From an uncultured Holophagaceae bacterium (lineage in GTDB: Bacteria > Acidobacteriota > Holophagae > Holophagales > Holophagaceae), in the NCBI GenBank assembly GCA_903857495.1, contig CAIOFF010000034.1, positions 13,467 through 77,466 of the forward strand: DNA of 64,000 nucleotides. The letters run 5' to 3'. Positions within the stretch are counted from its first letter, which is position 1, and every line of letters begins with the position of its first letter. The position numbers and the translations under genes were made by a program. Below the pieces are notes generated by a model that worked only from the letters and a program-made list of their open reading frames with translations, ran no database searches and was not told the DNA's origin. This document shows, piece after piece, positions 9,686-18,785 of the stretch.

Positions 9686-10909
9686 ATGAAGAGCCTGTAT
9701 TCCAGCGCAGCCCTGTCGGCCTCCCTGCTCCTGGCCACGGCCGGGCTCGCGGCGCCGCCCAAGGAGACCATCTCGGATGGCGTCGTGAAGATCGGCGTTC
9801 TCACGGACATGTCCGGTGTCTACTCCACCCTCGGCGGCAAGGGCACCCAGGTGGGCGTGGAGATGGCCGTGAAGGACTTCGGCGGCAAGGTGCTGGGCAA
9901 GCCCATCGTGGTCATCGGCGCGGACCACCAGAACAAGGCCGACATCGCCTCGGCCAAGGCCCGGGAGTGGTTCGATAACGAGAAGGTGGACATGATCACC
10001 GGCCTGCTGAACTCCGGCTGCGCCCTGGCGGTGCAGAAGCTCGGCGGCGACAAGAAGCGCATCACCATGAACACCGGCGCCGCCAGCACCGAGCTCACCA
10101 ACGGCGCCTGGACGCCCTACAGCATCCACTACGTCTACGACACCTACGCCCTGGGCAAGGTGACCGGCCAGGCCGTGGTGCAGACCGGTGGCAAGAGCTG
10201 GTTCTTCATCACCGCGGACTACGCCTTCGGCCAGTCCCTGGAAGGCAACACCAGCCTCTTCGTGAAGAAGCTGGGCGGCAAGGTGGTGGGCTCCGTGCGC
10301 CACCCGCTGTCCTCCGCGGACTTCTCGTCCTACCTGCTCCAGGCCCAGGCTTCGGGTGCGCAGATCATCGGCCTGGCCAATGCCGGCGGTGACACCATCA
10401 ACGCCATCAAGCAGGCCAAGGAGTTCGGCATCGGCCAGAAGGGCCAGAAGCTGGTGGGTCTGCTGATCTTCGACACGGACATCAAGAGCCTCGGGCTGAA
10501 CGTGGCCCAGGGCATGCAGTTCACCTCGGGCTTCTACTGGGACCGGGATGAGGCCACCCGCGCCTTCGCCAAGCGCTTCTTCGCCATCCACAAGGCCATG
10601 CCCACCATGGACCAGGCCGGCGCCTACTCCGCCACCATGAACTACCTGAAGGCCATCAAGCTGGCCGGCACCGACGACCCCGACGCGGTCATGGCCAAGC
10701 TGAAGTCCATGGACATCAGCGACTTCTTCGCGGTGCACGGCAAGATCCGCGTGGACGGCCGCATGGTGCACGACATGTACCTCATGGAGGTGAAGAAGCC
10801 CTCAGAGTCCAAGGGCGAGTGGGACCTGCTGAAGATCGTCAAGACCGTCAGCGGCGACGAGGCCTTCATGCCGCTCTCCGAGAGCACCTGCCCCGCGGTC
10901 AAGAAGTAG
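9686..10909 (+). CDS. LIV-type ABC transporter periplasmic substrate-binding protein
   Basis: Signal peptide; VKIGVLTDMSGVYS, ADHQNKADIA, FITADYAFG motifs; ATG 9686 with RBS. Confidence 0.9.
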   Translation: MKSLYSSAALSASLLLATAGLAAPPKETISDGVVKIGVLTDMSGVYSTLGGKGTQVGVEMAVKDFGGKVLGKPIVVIGADHQNKADIASAKAREWFDNEKVDMITGLLNSGCALAVQKLGGDKKRITMNTGAASTELTNGAWTPYSIHYVYDTYALGKVTGQAVVQTGGKSWFFITADYAFGQSLEGNTSLFVKKLGGKVVGSVRHPLSSADFSSYLLQAQASGAQIIGLANAGGDTINAIKQAKEFGIGQKGQKLVGLLIFDTDIKSLGLNVAQGMQFTSGFYWDRDEATRAFAKRFFAIHKAMPTMDQAGAYSATMNYLKAIKLAGTDDPDAVMAKLKSMDISDFFAVHGKIRVDGRMVHDMYLMEVKKPSESKGEWDLLKIVKTVSGDEAFMPLSESTCPAVKK

Positions 10910-10939
10910 GCTGCGCCTGAGGCTCCGGAGGTCCTACCC

Positions 10940-11845
10940 ATGGGCATGTCGCTCCAGACGGTGCTGTCCCAGGTCATGCTGGGGCTCAACAATGGCGTCT
11001 TCTACGCCATCCTGAGCCTCGGCCTGGCCGTGATCTTCGGCCTGCTGAACATCGTCAACTTCGTGCACGGGGCGCTCTACATGCTGGGCGCCTACGTGGC
11101 CCTGCTGGGCTTCAACCAGCTGGGCCCGCTGCTCGGCAGGCCGGACTTCCACCTCAACTACTGGGCGGCGCTCCTCGTGGCGCCCCTGGTGGTGGGGGCC
11201 CTGGGCGTCCTCATCGAGAAGACCATGCTGCGGCGGCTGCGCAAGTTCGACCACCTCTACGGCCTGCTGCTCACCTTCGGGCTGGCCCTCATCATCCAGG
11301 GCGTCTTCACCAACTACTTCAACGTCTCCGGCGACGCTTACGACGGCAAGCCGGAGGTGCTCAGCGGCGTGGTGGACCTGGGCTTCATGTTGTTCCCGAA
11401 GTACCGCGTCTGGGTCATCGGCATCTCGCTGGCGGTCTGCTTCGGCACCTGGTTCGTCATCGAGCGCACCAAGCTCGGCTCCTACCTGCGGGCGGGCACC
11501 GAGAATCCCGAGCTGGTGAAGGCCTTCGGCATCAACGTGCCGCTCATGATCACGCTCACCTACGGCTTCGGCGTGGGGCTGGCGGCCTTCGCGGGCGTGC
11601 TGGCCGCGCCGATCTACTCGGTGAGCCCGGTCATGGGCTCGGAGATGATCATCACGGTGTTCGCGGTCGTGGTCATCGGTGGCATGGGCTCGATCATGGG
11701 CTCGATCCTCACGGGCCTGCTGCTGGGCATGGTGGAGGGCTTCACCAAGGTGGTCTACGCCCCGGCCTCGGGCACCGTCATCTTCCTGATCATGGTGGTC
11801 GTCCTGCTGGTCAAGCCCGCGGGCCTGTTCGGGAAGGAAGCCTAG
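10940..11845 (+). CDS. livH: LIV-type ABC transporter permease
   Basis: GLAVIFGLLNIVNFVHG; RA..EN..L..AFGINV motif. Confidence 0.92.
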   Translation: MGMSLQTVLSQVMLGLNNGVFYAILSLGLAVIFGLLNIVNFVHGALYMLGAYVALLGFNQLGPLLGRPDFHLNYWAALLVAPLVVGALGVLIEKTMLRRLRKFDHLYGLLLTFGLALIIQGVFTNYFNVSGDAYDGKPEVLSGVVDLGFMLFPKYRVWVIGISLAVCFGTWFVIERTKLGSYLRAGTENPELVKAFGINVPLMITLTYGFGVGLAAFAGVLAAPIYSVSPVMGSEMIITVFAVVVIGGMGSIMGSILTGLLLGMVEGFTKVVYAPASGTVIFLIMVVVLLVKPAGLFGKEA

Positions 11846-12787
11846 GTGAACCGCTTCGTCTGGCTCGCCCTCCTGGCCCTCGGGCTGCTGGCCCCCTTCG
11901 CGGTCTACCCGGTCTTCATGATGAAGCTGCTCTGCTTCGCGCTGTTCGCGGCGGCCTTCAACCTGCTGCTGGGCTACACGGGGCTGCTCTCTTTCGGGCA
12001 TGCGGCCTTCTTCGGCGGTGCGGCCTATGTCACGGGCCACCTGGTCAAGAACCTGGGCCTCACGCCGGAGCTGGGCGTGCTGGCGGGCACCCTCTTCGCG
12101 GGCCTGCTGGGCTACCTGGTGGGCAGCCTGGCCATCCGGCGGCAGGGCATCTACTTCGCCATGGTGACCCTGGCCCTGGCTCAGATCGTGTATTTCCTGG
12201 CCCTGAAGCTGCCCTTCACCGGCGGCGAGGACGGCCTGCAGGGCATCCCCCGGGGCCTCCTCTTCGGCGTCATCGACCTGAACCGCCACGTCACCGTGGG
12301 CGGCACGCCCCTGCCGCTGGCCCTCTACTACTTCACCTTCGCCTTGTTCTGCCTCGGCTTCGGGATCATCTACCGGGCCATCCACTCCCCCTTCGGCCAG
12401 GTGCTGAAGGCCATCCGGGAGAACGAGCCCCGGGCGCGCTCGCTCGGCTACAAGGTGGAGCGCTTCAAGCTCATCGCCTTCGTCCTCTCCTCGGCCCTGG
12501 CGGGCATGGCGGGCGCCATGAAGTGCCTGATCTTCCAGCTGGCCTCGCTGACGGACGTGAGCTGGCACACCTCCGGCGAGGTGGTGCTCATGACCCTGCT
12601 CGGCGGCGTGGGCACGGTGCTGGGGCCCGCCGCCGGCGCCTTCACGGTGGTGACCCTCCAGTCCCAGCTGACCATGGTGGGCCCCTGGATCACGGTGATC
12701 ATCGGCGGCATCTTCGTGGTCTGCGTCCTGGTCTTCCGGCGCGGCTTCGTGGGCGAGCTGGGGCGCCTGCTCCGGCGCTCGCTCTAG
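11846..12787 (+). CDS. livM: LIV-type ABC transporter permease
   Basis: GYTGLLSFGHAAFFG, GIYFAMVTLA, GGEDG, AIRENE.RA.SLGY. Confidence 0.92.
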   Translation: MNRFVWLALLALGLLAPFAVYPVFMMKLLCFALFAAAFNLLLGYTGLLSFGHAAFFGGAAYVTGHLVKNLGLTPELGVLAGTLFAGLLGYLVGSLAIRRQGIYFAMVTLALAQIVYFLALKLPFTGGEDGLQGIPRGLLFGVIDLNRHVTVGGTPLPLALYYFTFALFCLGFGIIYRAIHSPFGQVLKAIRENEPRARSLGYKVERFKLIAFVLSSALAGMAGAMKCLIFQLASLTDVSWHTSGEVVLMTLLGGVGTVLGPAAGAFTVVTLQSQLTMVGPWITVIIGGIFVVCVLVFRRGFVGELGRLLRRSL

Positions 12788-12810
12788 GACCCAACACTGA
12801 GGGAGTCCCC

Positions 12811-13593
12811 GTGCTGAAGGGCAGACGCGCGCTGATCACTGGCTCCACCAGCGGCATCGGCCTGGGCATCGCCCGGGCCCTGGCCGCCGCGGGCTGCTCC
12901 GTGATGCTGAACGGCTCCCGGGAGGCTAAGGCGGTGGAAGCAGTCCGACGCGAGCTGGAAGGCCAGGCGGGCGTCCCCGTGGCCTACCATCAGGCGGACC
13001 TCACCCGGCCCGCCGAGGCCGAGGCCCTGGTGGCTGCCACCGTCGACCGGCTGGGTGGCCTCGACATCCTGGTGAACAACGCCGGGATCCAGTTCACGGC
13101 CCCGGTGGAGGACTTCCCGCCGGAGCTGTGGGACAGGATCATCGCGCTGAACCTGTCCGCGGCCTTCCACACCATCCACCACGCGCTGCCGACCCTGAAG
13201 GCCGGGGGCTGGGGCCGCATCCTGAACGTCTCCTCCGTGCACGGCCTGGTGGCCTCCGTGCGCAAGGCCGCCTACGTCACCGCCAAGCACGGCCTGGTGG
13301 GCCTCACCAAGGTCGTCGCCCTGGAGACCGCGGGGCAGGGCATCACCTGCAACGCCATCTGCCCCGGCTGGACCCGCACTGAGCTCATCGAGCCCCAGAT
13401 CGTCGCCCTCGCCGCCAAGCTGGGTGTCAGTGTCGAGGAAGGCGGCCGGGCCCTGCTGGCGGGAAAGCAGCCCACCGGCCAGTTCGTGGCCATCGAGCAC
13501 CTGGGTCAGCTGGCCGTCTTCCTCTGCTCCGACGCCGCCGCTCAGATCACCGGGACAGCGATTCCCATTGATGGGGGGTGGACGGCGCAGTAG
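12811..13593 (+). CDS. bdhA: D-3-hydroxybutyrate dehydrogenase (SDR)
   Basis: TGSTSGIG, NNAGIQ, SVHGLVAS, YVTAKHG, NAICPGW, C-terminal DGGWTAQ; GTG 12811 with RBS. Confidence 0.9.
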   Translation: MLKGRRALITGSTSGIGLGIARALAAAGCSVMLNGSREAKAVEAVRRELEGQAGVPVAYHQADLTRPAEAEALVAATVDRLGGLDILVNNAGIQFTAPVEDFPPELWDRIIALNLSAAFHTIHHALPTLKAGGWGRILNVSSVHGLVASVRKAAYVTAKHGLVGLTKVVALETAGQGITCNAICPGWTRTELIEPQIVALAAKLGVSVEEGGRALLAGKQPTGQFVAIEHLGQLAVFLCSDAAAQITGTAIPIDGGWTAQ

Positions 13594-13809
13594 CGAGCCT
13601 TCGACTCAGCGAGAGAGCGAAGCAAAGGCTGACCCCCGTGTAGACGGTTCCGTCGCCAAAGGTGAAGTTAGGAGCCTGCCGGTTTGGTCTGGATCTGGTG
13701 CTTATTTCGCAAGCACCTAGGTGCTGTATTTGGCCAGTGCCGCATTGGGTAGGCACTAAACCTCATGGCTCCTGTCCCATGGGGTTTAGTGCTGTTGGTT
13801 CTGAGTTCA

Positions 13810-14532
13810 TTATTGGCGGTTCTCGCTGAGAATCTGGGGGGCGTCTTGGACGATCTGGCTTTGTGCAAGGGCCCTTGCCCGGTGTATTTCCTCGGTCGTG
13901 GCTGCCAAGAGGTGCGGGGTTGTTGCAATCATGTTTCGCGCATTTGGGGAGTTTGCTGGGATGACGGAGTGATTCTTGCATTGCGGACAATTGTTCGGCG
14001 TGGTGGCTGCGATGCTGATGGCCGCATTCCGCTGGGACGATGTGATGGAAGCCGTGTTAGATGAGGATACAAGAATGATAGTCCCCAAGGCTATCGGGAG
14101 GACACCGATCCCCCCAAGCAACAGCATCGGAATGCCAATAAGGACCAGGAGTGCCCCGATAATCACGCCGCTTGCCCCCGCGCACCCGCCTGACCTCGCC
14201 GTGTGGATTACGCGAGGTGTCGCGCGCCCAAACCACCCACACGCGGTGCAAATCACGCATCCATCAAGTGGATTCTCGGCCTGATACTGAATGCGAGTAA
14301 AAGCTTGTTCCTTGTTGCGTTGCTCGGCCTTACGGTCATTTCTCACCTTCAATAGAACAACCAACCCTCCGATTCCCATGATCGCTGCAAGCATCCCAAA
14401 GTCATTCAGGCTGGCTGTCTCGGGCTTTGGAACTGTGGCTGGCTGTGCCGTCGTAGCTGTTTCCTGGACTGCGCTCTTCTGGCTCCGTTTGGCCTTAACA
14501 TGTTTTGGACTGCTCTGTTCCTGTATTTGCAT
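13810..14532 (-). CDS. Membrane protein with split zinc ribbon (CxxC - hydrophobic hairpin - CxxC)
   Basis: TM helix, then CVICTACGW, hydrophobic segment IIGALLVLIGIPMLLLGGIGVLPIALGTIILV, then CPQCKNHSVIP.SP; ATG 14532 after GGGGAG. Confidence 0.7.
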   Translation of the reverse strand: MQIQEQSSPKHVKAKRSQKSAVQETATTAQPATVPKPETASLNDFGMLAAIMGIGGLVVLLKVRNDRKAEQRNKEQAFTRIQYQAENPLDGCVICTACGWFGRATPRVIHTARSGGCAGASGVIIGALLVLIGIPMLLLGGIGVLPIALGTIILVSSSNTASITSSQRNAAISIAATTPNNCPQCKNHSVIPANSPNARNMIATTPHLLAATTEEIHRARALAQSQIVQDAPQILSENRQ

Positions 14533-14896
14533 TGGCTCCCCGCAAATAGTTGACCTAGTACTCCATTGTAAAAGAAAACATGCAATTTTCAAGATATTCA
14601 AATTCATACAATTGTTATATACAAGGTTATAAGCTCTGAACCACTTGAGTCTCTAACGAAAAAACCCGTGCAGCACCCCATGCCCCATGTGGCAGTTAGG
14701 GCTCCTGCTGTACCCCAGCCTCTGTCGAACTCACCTGGATGGAGGAGGTCGTTAAAGCTGATGTTCGTCGGTAATGAAATTCAAGTATTACTAGGCGATA
14801 GCCTACTGAAAAAGAGGCATCGGCATTCTTAACAACGCATTGCCTCAACTTTCTTCGCCATAAATGTTAGCGAAATTTCGTTGTGAGCCAGAGGCG

Positions 14897-15334
14897 TCAG
14901 CGTCCAACCACCGCATGAGGGGCCCATGAATAAGCACTCAACAGGAGACAGCAGAGTGCCCCCTGAAGAATGTCCGACAACCATATTGATTTTGGTGTTC
15001 GCTCCCAACCAGGGCGCGAATGAATGGCAACCAACCAGAGCGTGCGTAGGAGCGCCTGTCCAAGTAGCGCCATCGTCCATAGAAGGGCGAATCGCTGCAG
15101 CCTCCAGGACTCCATTACTCTTCCACGATATAGGAGAGCCAAACCCCTCGTGGATCCGCAGGTTGGACACGGTTGGCCTGAAGCAGCCTGGACCTGACAG
15201 GGCGGGATCGTAACCCCCGCGAGGCGGGATAAGCCAGATCCCGATTCTTGGGTGATGAAGAAGGGGGCAAGCAGCATCACTCCAAAAAACAGGAGCAGAA
15301 TCTGTTGTAATTTTCTGAATTCGCCGACGCTCAA
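14897..15334 (-). CDS. DUF2752-family membrane protein
   Basis: PPC....SGQPCPTCGSTRGL..L.RG motif flanked by TM helices; TTG start overlaps upstream stop. Confidence 0.75.
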   Translation of the reverse strand: MSVGEFRKLQQILLLFFGVMLLAPFFITQESGSGLSRLAGVTIPPCQVQAASGQPCPTCGSTRGLALLYRGRVMESWRLQRFALLWTMALLGQALLRTLWLVAIHSRPGWERTPKSIWLSDILQGALCCLLLSAYSWAPHAVVGR

Positions 15335-15636
15335 TGCTTTTTCATGAAACTGTCCAAAGCCTTGGTGCGGGCGTTAGTGTTGTAGATTTCCTTGACGGCC
15401 ATCCCGAAACCAACCAGAGACACCACCAGGGAGGCAACTGCCAGGCCTTTCTGGGCTTTCATCATGACCGCAGCCACCACGGCAATGAGGGCTGCCACGA
15501 TGCCCATCCCGGCCGGATAGACTCCAAACATGCCGAGACAGGGGATAAGGGAAAAAAGAAGCCCGGCAATTCCCAGCACCAGTCCCGTAATGGCCATCCC
15601 GGTGACCAGGCCGGAACTCTTGATTTCGTTTTCCAT
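15331..15636 (-). CDS. Small multi-TM protein (DUF4190-like)
   Basis: MAITGLVLGI..L..S.IPC.G...GIV...KG.A.A.L.S pattern; RBS GGAGAG. Confidence 0.7.
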   Translation of the reverse strand: MENEIKSSGLVTGMAITGLVLGIAGLLFSLIPCLGMFGVYPAGMGIVAALIAVVAAVMMKAQKGLAVASLVVSLVGFGMAVKEIYNTNARTKALDSFMKKH

Positions 15637-15885
15637 GAAGCTCTCCTTGGTGAATCCTAATAACTATATTTTTTATATATATTTCGCAAAAGAGGGAAAA
15701 TACTGCGCGGTTACAATTGCCGATCAGGGTGGGCGTCCCCCACTCAAAACGCCGGCGAGGAAAACGAACCTTCGACTGAATCCTTGTTTAAGGTCGGCCT
15801 GGGAAAGCCGCTGAGGATGTGACGCATCAGCTGTGCGCGAGAGAGTCCCTTGAGCATCAAGAACAATAACCCTTGCTAAGGGCTG

Positions 15886-15914
15886 TTGACAAGTAGATCC
15901 AAGTTTGTTAATTT
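15886..15914 (+). promoter_or_regulatory. Possible sigma70 promoter of the WD40-phosphatase-kinase operon
   Basis: TTGACA-N17-TAATTT, 43 nt before ATG 15958. Confidence 0.4.
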
Positions 15915-15957
15915 ACGAGAAATATCGCTATTAACACCGACATATTGAGGTGCCGAA

Positions 15958-17079
15958 ATGAGGGCAAAATTCTCGACTGTGGTCATCATGCTGGTCTTTG
16001 CTGTCTCGACGTTTGGCTTTGCTCAAAGTATGAACTGGTACGAGAGGGTCAAGGAGTCCACACCGGTCGATACCCTTGCTATTCATACCAACACCATTCG
16101 GAGCCTGGCATTTTCGTCTGACCGGACCAAACTCCTGACGTGCAGCAACGACATGACCTTAAAGGTCTATGATTTAAGTGCTAAGGCAATAGACAAGACG
16201 CTTAAAATGCAAGACATTAAGCTCTCGCAGCGCCTGTCCCAGGTCTGGGGTGGGAAGGGTGTCAGCGGATATTACAAGGCCATCTTCGGGCCCGATGGGG
16301 CGACGGTCATCTCCGGTTCGCCCGATACCGACGTGATCATCTGGGACCTGCCCAGTCAGGCCGAGCGGCGGAGGCTGAAGGGCCATGAGCAGCCGGTGTC
16401 ACGGCTCGCGCTCACGAAGGATGGCCGGTATCTGGTCAGCCAGTCCGCCAGCGAGGTCATCATCTGGGACGCGAAGACCTGGGTGGAATCCAGGCGAATC
16501 AAGAGTGGTGCCCTGATTACTCGGAACTTCCTGATCAAGGCCACGGATTTGATCATTGATTTCGCGCTCAGCTCCGACCAGTCGAAGCTGTACGCCTTGA
16601 CTGGAAAGGGGCTCATCACGGGGTTCAGCTTTCCGGAGGGCCAGCAAATTTTTCAGTTCCAGCACGATGCCAGGGTAATTGGCTATTCCAACTATGAGTG
16701 CATTGCCGTCTCTCCGGATGGCCGGTTTCTGGCGGATGGCAACGTCCACGGCGGCATCACGGTCTGGGACATTGAGCAGAAGAAGATCATCAAGACTTTC
16801 GGCCATTGGGACTCCCCATCCGGCTACCTGCCCAGCGTCTATGAGATCACCTTCATCAAGGATGGATCGAAGCTGCTGACCGCCTGCGCTGATGGGACCA
16901 GTCGCCTCTGGACGGTGGCGTCCCCGAAGGATGAGGCCGACATCTATTTCGGCCTGCATGGGAATAAGGCAACCGAACAGAAGGGCGTCTTTGCCCTGGG
17001 CGTTAGTCTCGATGGGAAAGTGTTCGCCACGGGTGGGGTGGACGCCACAATTCGGCTCTGGGAAATGCCTTCCGAGTAG
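15958..17079 (+). CDS. Secreted WD40-repeat beta-propeller protein
   Basis: Signal peptide ending FGFA|QS; repeated GH...(S/A)..D..I.(I/L)WD/WE motifs; RBS GAGGT. Confidence 0.88.
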   Translation: MRAKFSTVVIMLVFAVSTFGFAQSMNWYERVKESTPVDTLAIHTNTIRSLAFSSDRTKLLTCSNDMTLKVYDLSAKAIDKTLKMQDIKLSQRLSQVWGGKGVSGYYKAIFGPDGATVISGSPDTDVIIWDLPSQAERRRLKGHEQPVSRLALTKDGRYLVSQSASEVIIWDAKTWVESRRIKSGALITRNFLIKATDLIIDFALSSDQSKLYALTGKGLITGFSFPEGQQIFQFQHDARVIGYSNYECIAVSPDGRFLADGNVHGGITVWDIEQKKIIKTFGHWDSPSGYLPSVYEITFIKDGSKLLTACADGTSRLWTVASPKDEADIYFGLHGNKATEQKGVFALGVSLDGKVFATGGVDATIRLWEMPSE

Positions 17080-17095
17080 GAAGCAAGGCGTGCCG

Positions 17096-18718
17096 ATGAC
17101 CTGTCAACTCGTGATCCAAGGCCTGCCGCCCATCGTTCTTGGGAAGGACTCGGCCCCGGTCACGGTGGGCCGGGGCAACGACAATCGGATCGCAATCGAT
17201 GAGCCGAGCCTTTCCAGACAACATGGCTTCTTCCAGGCCGATGAGCAGGGCTGCTATTACGAGGACTGCCAGTCGCGCAACGGCTCGAAACTGAATGGTC
17301 ATCAGCTCAAGGCCCGCTGTACGCTCCACATCGGCGACGTGCTGGAGTTGGGGCGGATCCACGTGCGGATCGAAGCCGCCGCCCAGCATGTGCTCGAGGC
17401 GGCTTCCGAGCAGCTGTTTCCCTTGGAGCAGGTCCGGAAGTCCTTCTCGGCGCTGGAATCCCATGGCGGGAAGACGCTGGAGGAATCCCTCAACCTGCTT
17501 CAGGATATCTCGCTCGATCTGATCCACGATGCTCCATTGCAGAGCCAGGTAAAACAAATACTGGAGCGTCTGCACCTCATGCTCAAGCCACGTCGGCTGG
17601 TAGCCCTGCTGCGATCAGAGGGGGGCGATTTCCTACCCATAGCCTCTGTCCCTCACTCGAAGGAGGACCTTCCGGTTTCCAGGACTGCGGTCGCTTCCAT
17701 TTGCGAGAGCCGGCAGGCCCTGCTGGTCCAGGATCGGCTCAGCGATGTCCGAGTCCAGCACGCCACTTCTCTGGTCCACCAGTCCATCCGAAGCCTGATG
17801 GCCGCACCACTCGAATGCGAAGGGATGGTTGAGGGCTTGCTGTACGCCGATGCCGGTCTTGCCCGGGAGCCCTTTGGGAAGCGGGAACTGGCGCTGCTCG
17901 CCACCGTCGCCCACATGCTGGCAGCCCGGATCCGAACCCTCAGGCTTCTCGAGCAGCGAGAACAGGCACGGTCCATGGAACGTGAAATGGCCTTGGCCCG
18001 GCTGATCCAGCGGAACCTGCTACCTGAGGCTGACCCGAAGACCCCGAACTTCGAGTTCCTGGGCCGGGCCGTGCCGAGCCGACAGGTGGGTGGCGACCTC
18101 TATGGCTACTGGCAGCCAACGCCGGCGCGATTGTTCGCGGCCATCGCGGATGTGTCCGGCAAGGGCGTGGGACCCGGCTTGCTCATGGCCTGCCTGGTGG
18201 CCTACATGAATGGCTCCACGCGTACGAATCCCGAGACCGCCAGTCTGGCGACCTGGCTGAGCCGGGACTTGGCCGGGCACACCAGTCGGAACCGCTTTGC
18301 AACCGCCTTCCTGCTCCGTCTCGACCCCGAGGCCGACTGGGTCGAGTACACCAACGCTGGCCACAACCCGGGTCTCCTCGTGGATGCTGCGGGGGTCATC
18401 ACCCGCCTGGAATCACAGGGCCTGCCCCTGGCGATGTTTCCAGGTAAGGTCCCCTACGGCCAGAGCCGGATCACCATGCAGCCGGGGGATCTCCTGTTTC
18501 TCTATACCGACGGCATCACGGAAGCGACGAACGCCTTGGATGAAGAGTTTGGAATGGACCGCCTGGAGCAGGCCCTGGTTGCGTTCCGAGAGCAGCCTCT
18601 GGAGGAACTGGTTCGCCGGTTGGATGGCTGCATGGCGTCGTTCTCAGGGGAGGTCCCCTTTGGTGACGACCGCACCTTCCTCATCGTCCGTCGAAGCAGG
18701 ATACCGGCGGGTAGCTAG
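17096..18718 (+). CDS. FHA-GAF-SpoIIE(PP2C) Ser/Thr phosphatase
   Basis: FHA motifs VGR..N, S LSRQH, SRNGS.LNG; GAF region SIRSLMAAPL; PP2C motifs VGGDLY, IADVSGKG, NAGH, LYTDGITEA, GDDRT. Confidence 0.92.
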   Translation: MTCQLVIQGLPPIVLGKDSAPVTVGRGNDNRIAIDEPSLSRQHGFFQADEQGCYYEDCQSRNGSKLNGHQLKARCTLHIGDVLELGRIHVRIEAAAQHVLEAASEQLFPLEQVRKSFSALESHGGKTLEESLNLLQDISLDLIHDAPLQSQVKQILERLHLMLKPRRLVALLRSEGGDFLPIASVPHSKEDLPVSRTAVASICESRQALLVQDRLSDVRVQHATSLVHQSIRSLMAAPLECEGMVEGLLYADAGLAREPFGKRELALLATVAHMLAARIRTLRLLEQREQARSMEREMALARLIQRNLLPEADPKTPNFEFLGRAVPSRQVGGDLYGYWQPTPARLFAAIADVSGKGVGPGLLMACLVAYMNGSTRTNPETASLATWLSRDLAGHTSRNRFATAFLLRLDPEADWVEYTNAGHNPGLLVDAAGVITRLESQGLPLAMFPGKVPYGQSRITMQPGDLLFLYTDGITEATNALDEEFGMDRLEQALVAFREQPLEELVRRLDGCMASFSGEVPFGDDRTFLIVRRSRIPAGS

Positions 18719-18785
18719 GATACCCAAGGGCCAAGTGCGCTCTGGTTGGGTTACACTTGGTTGGAAAAATCCTAGGATCTAGTCC

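Noticed and set aside
13594-13810. attL-type duplicate of the tRNA-Pro 3' end at the left island border
   Set aside because: No TGGTCGGCGCGAGAGG or T-arm copy found there by eye.
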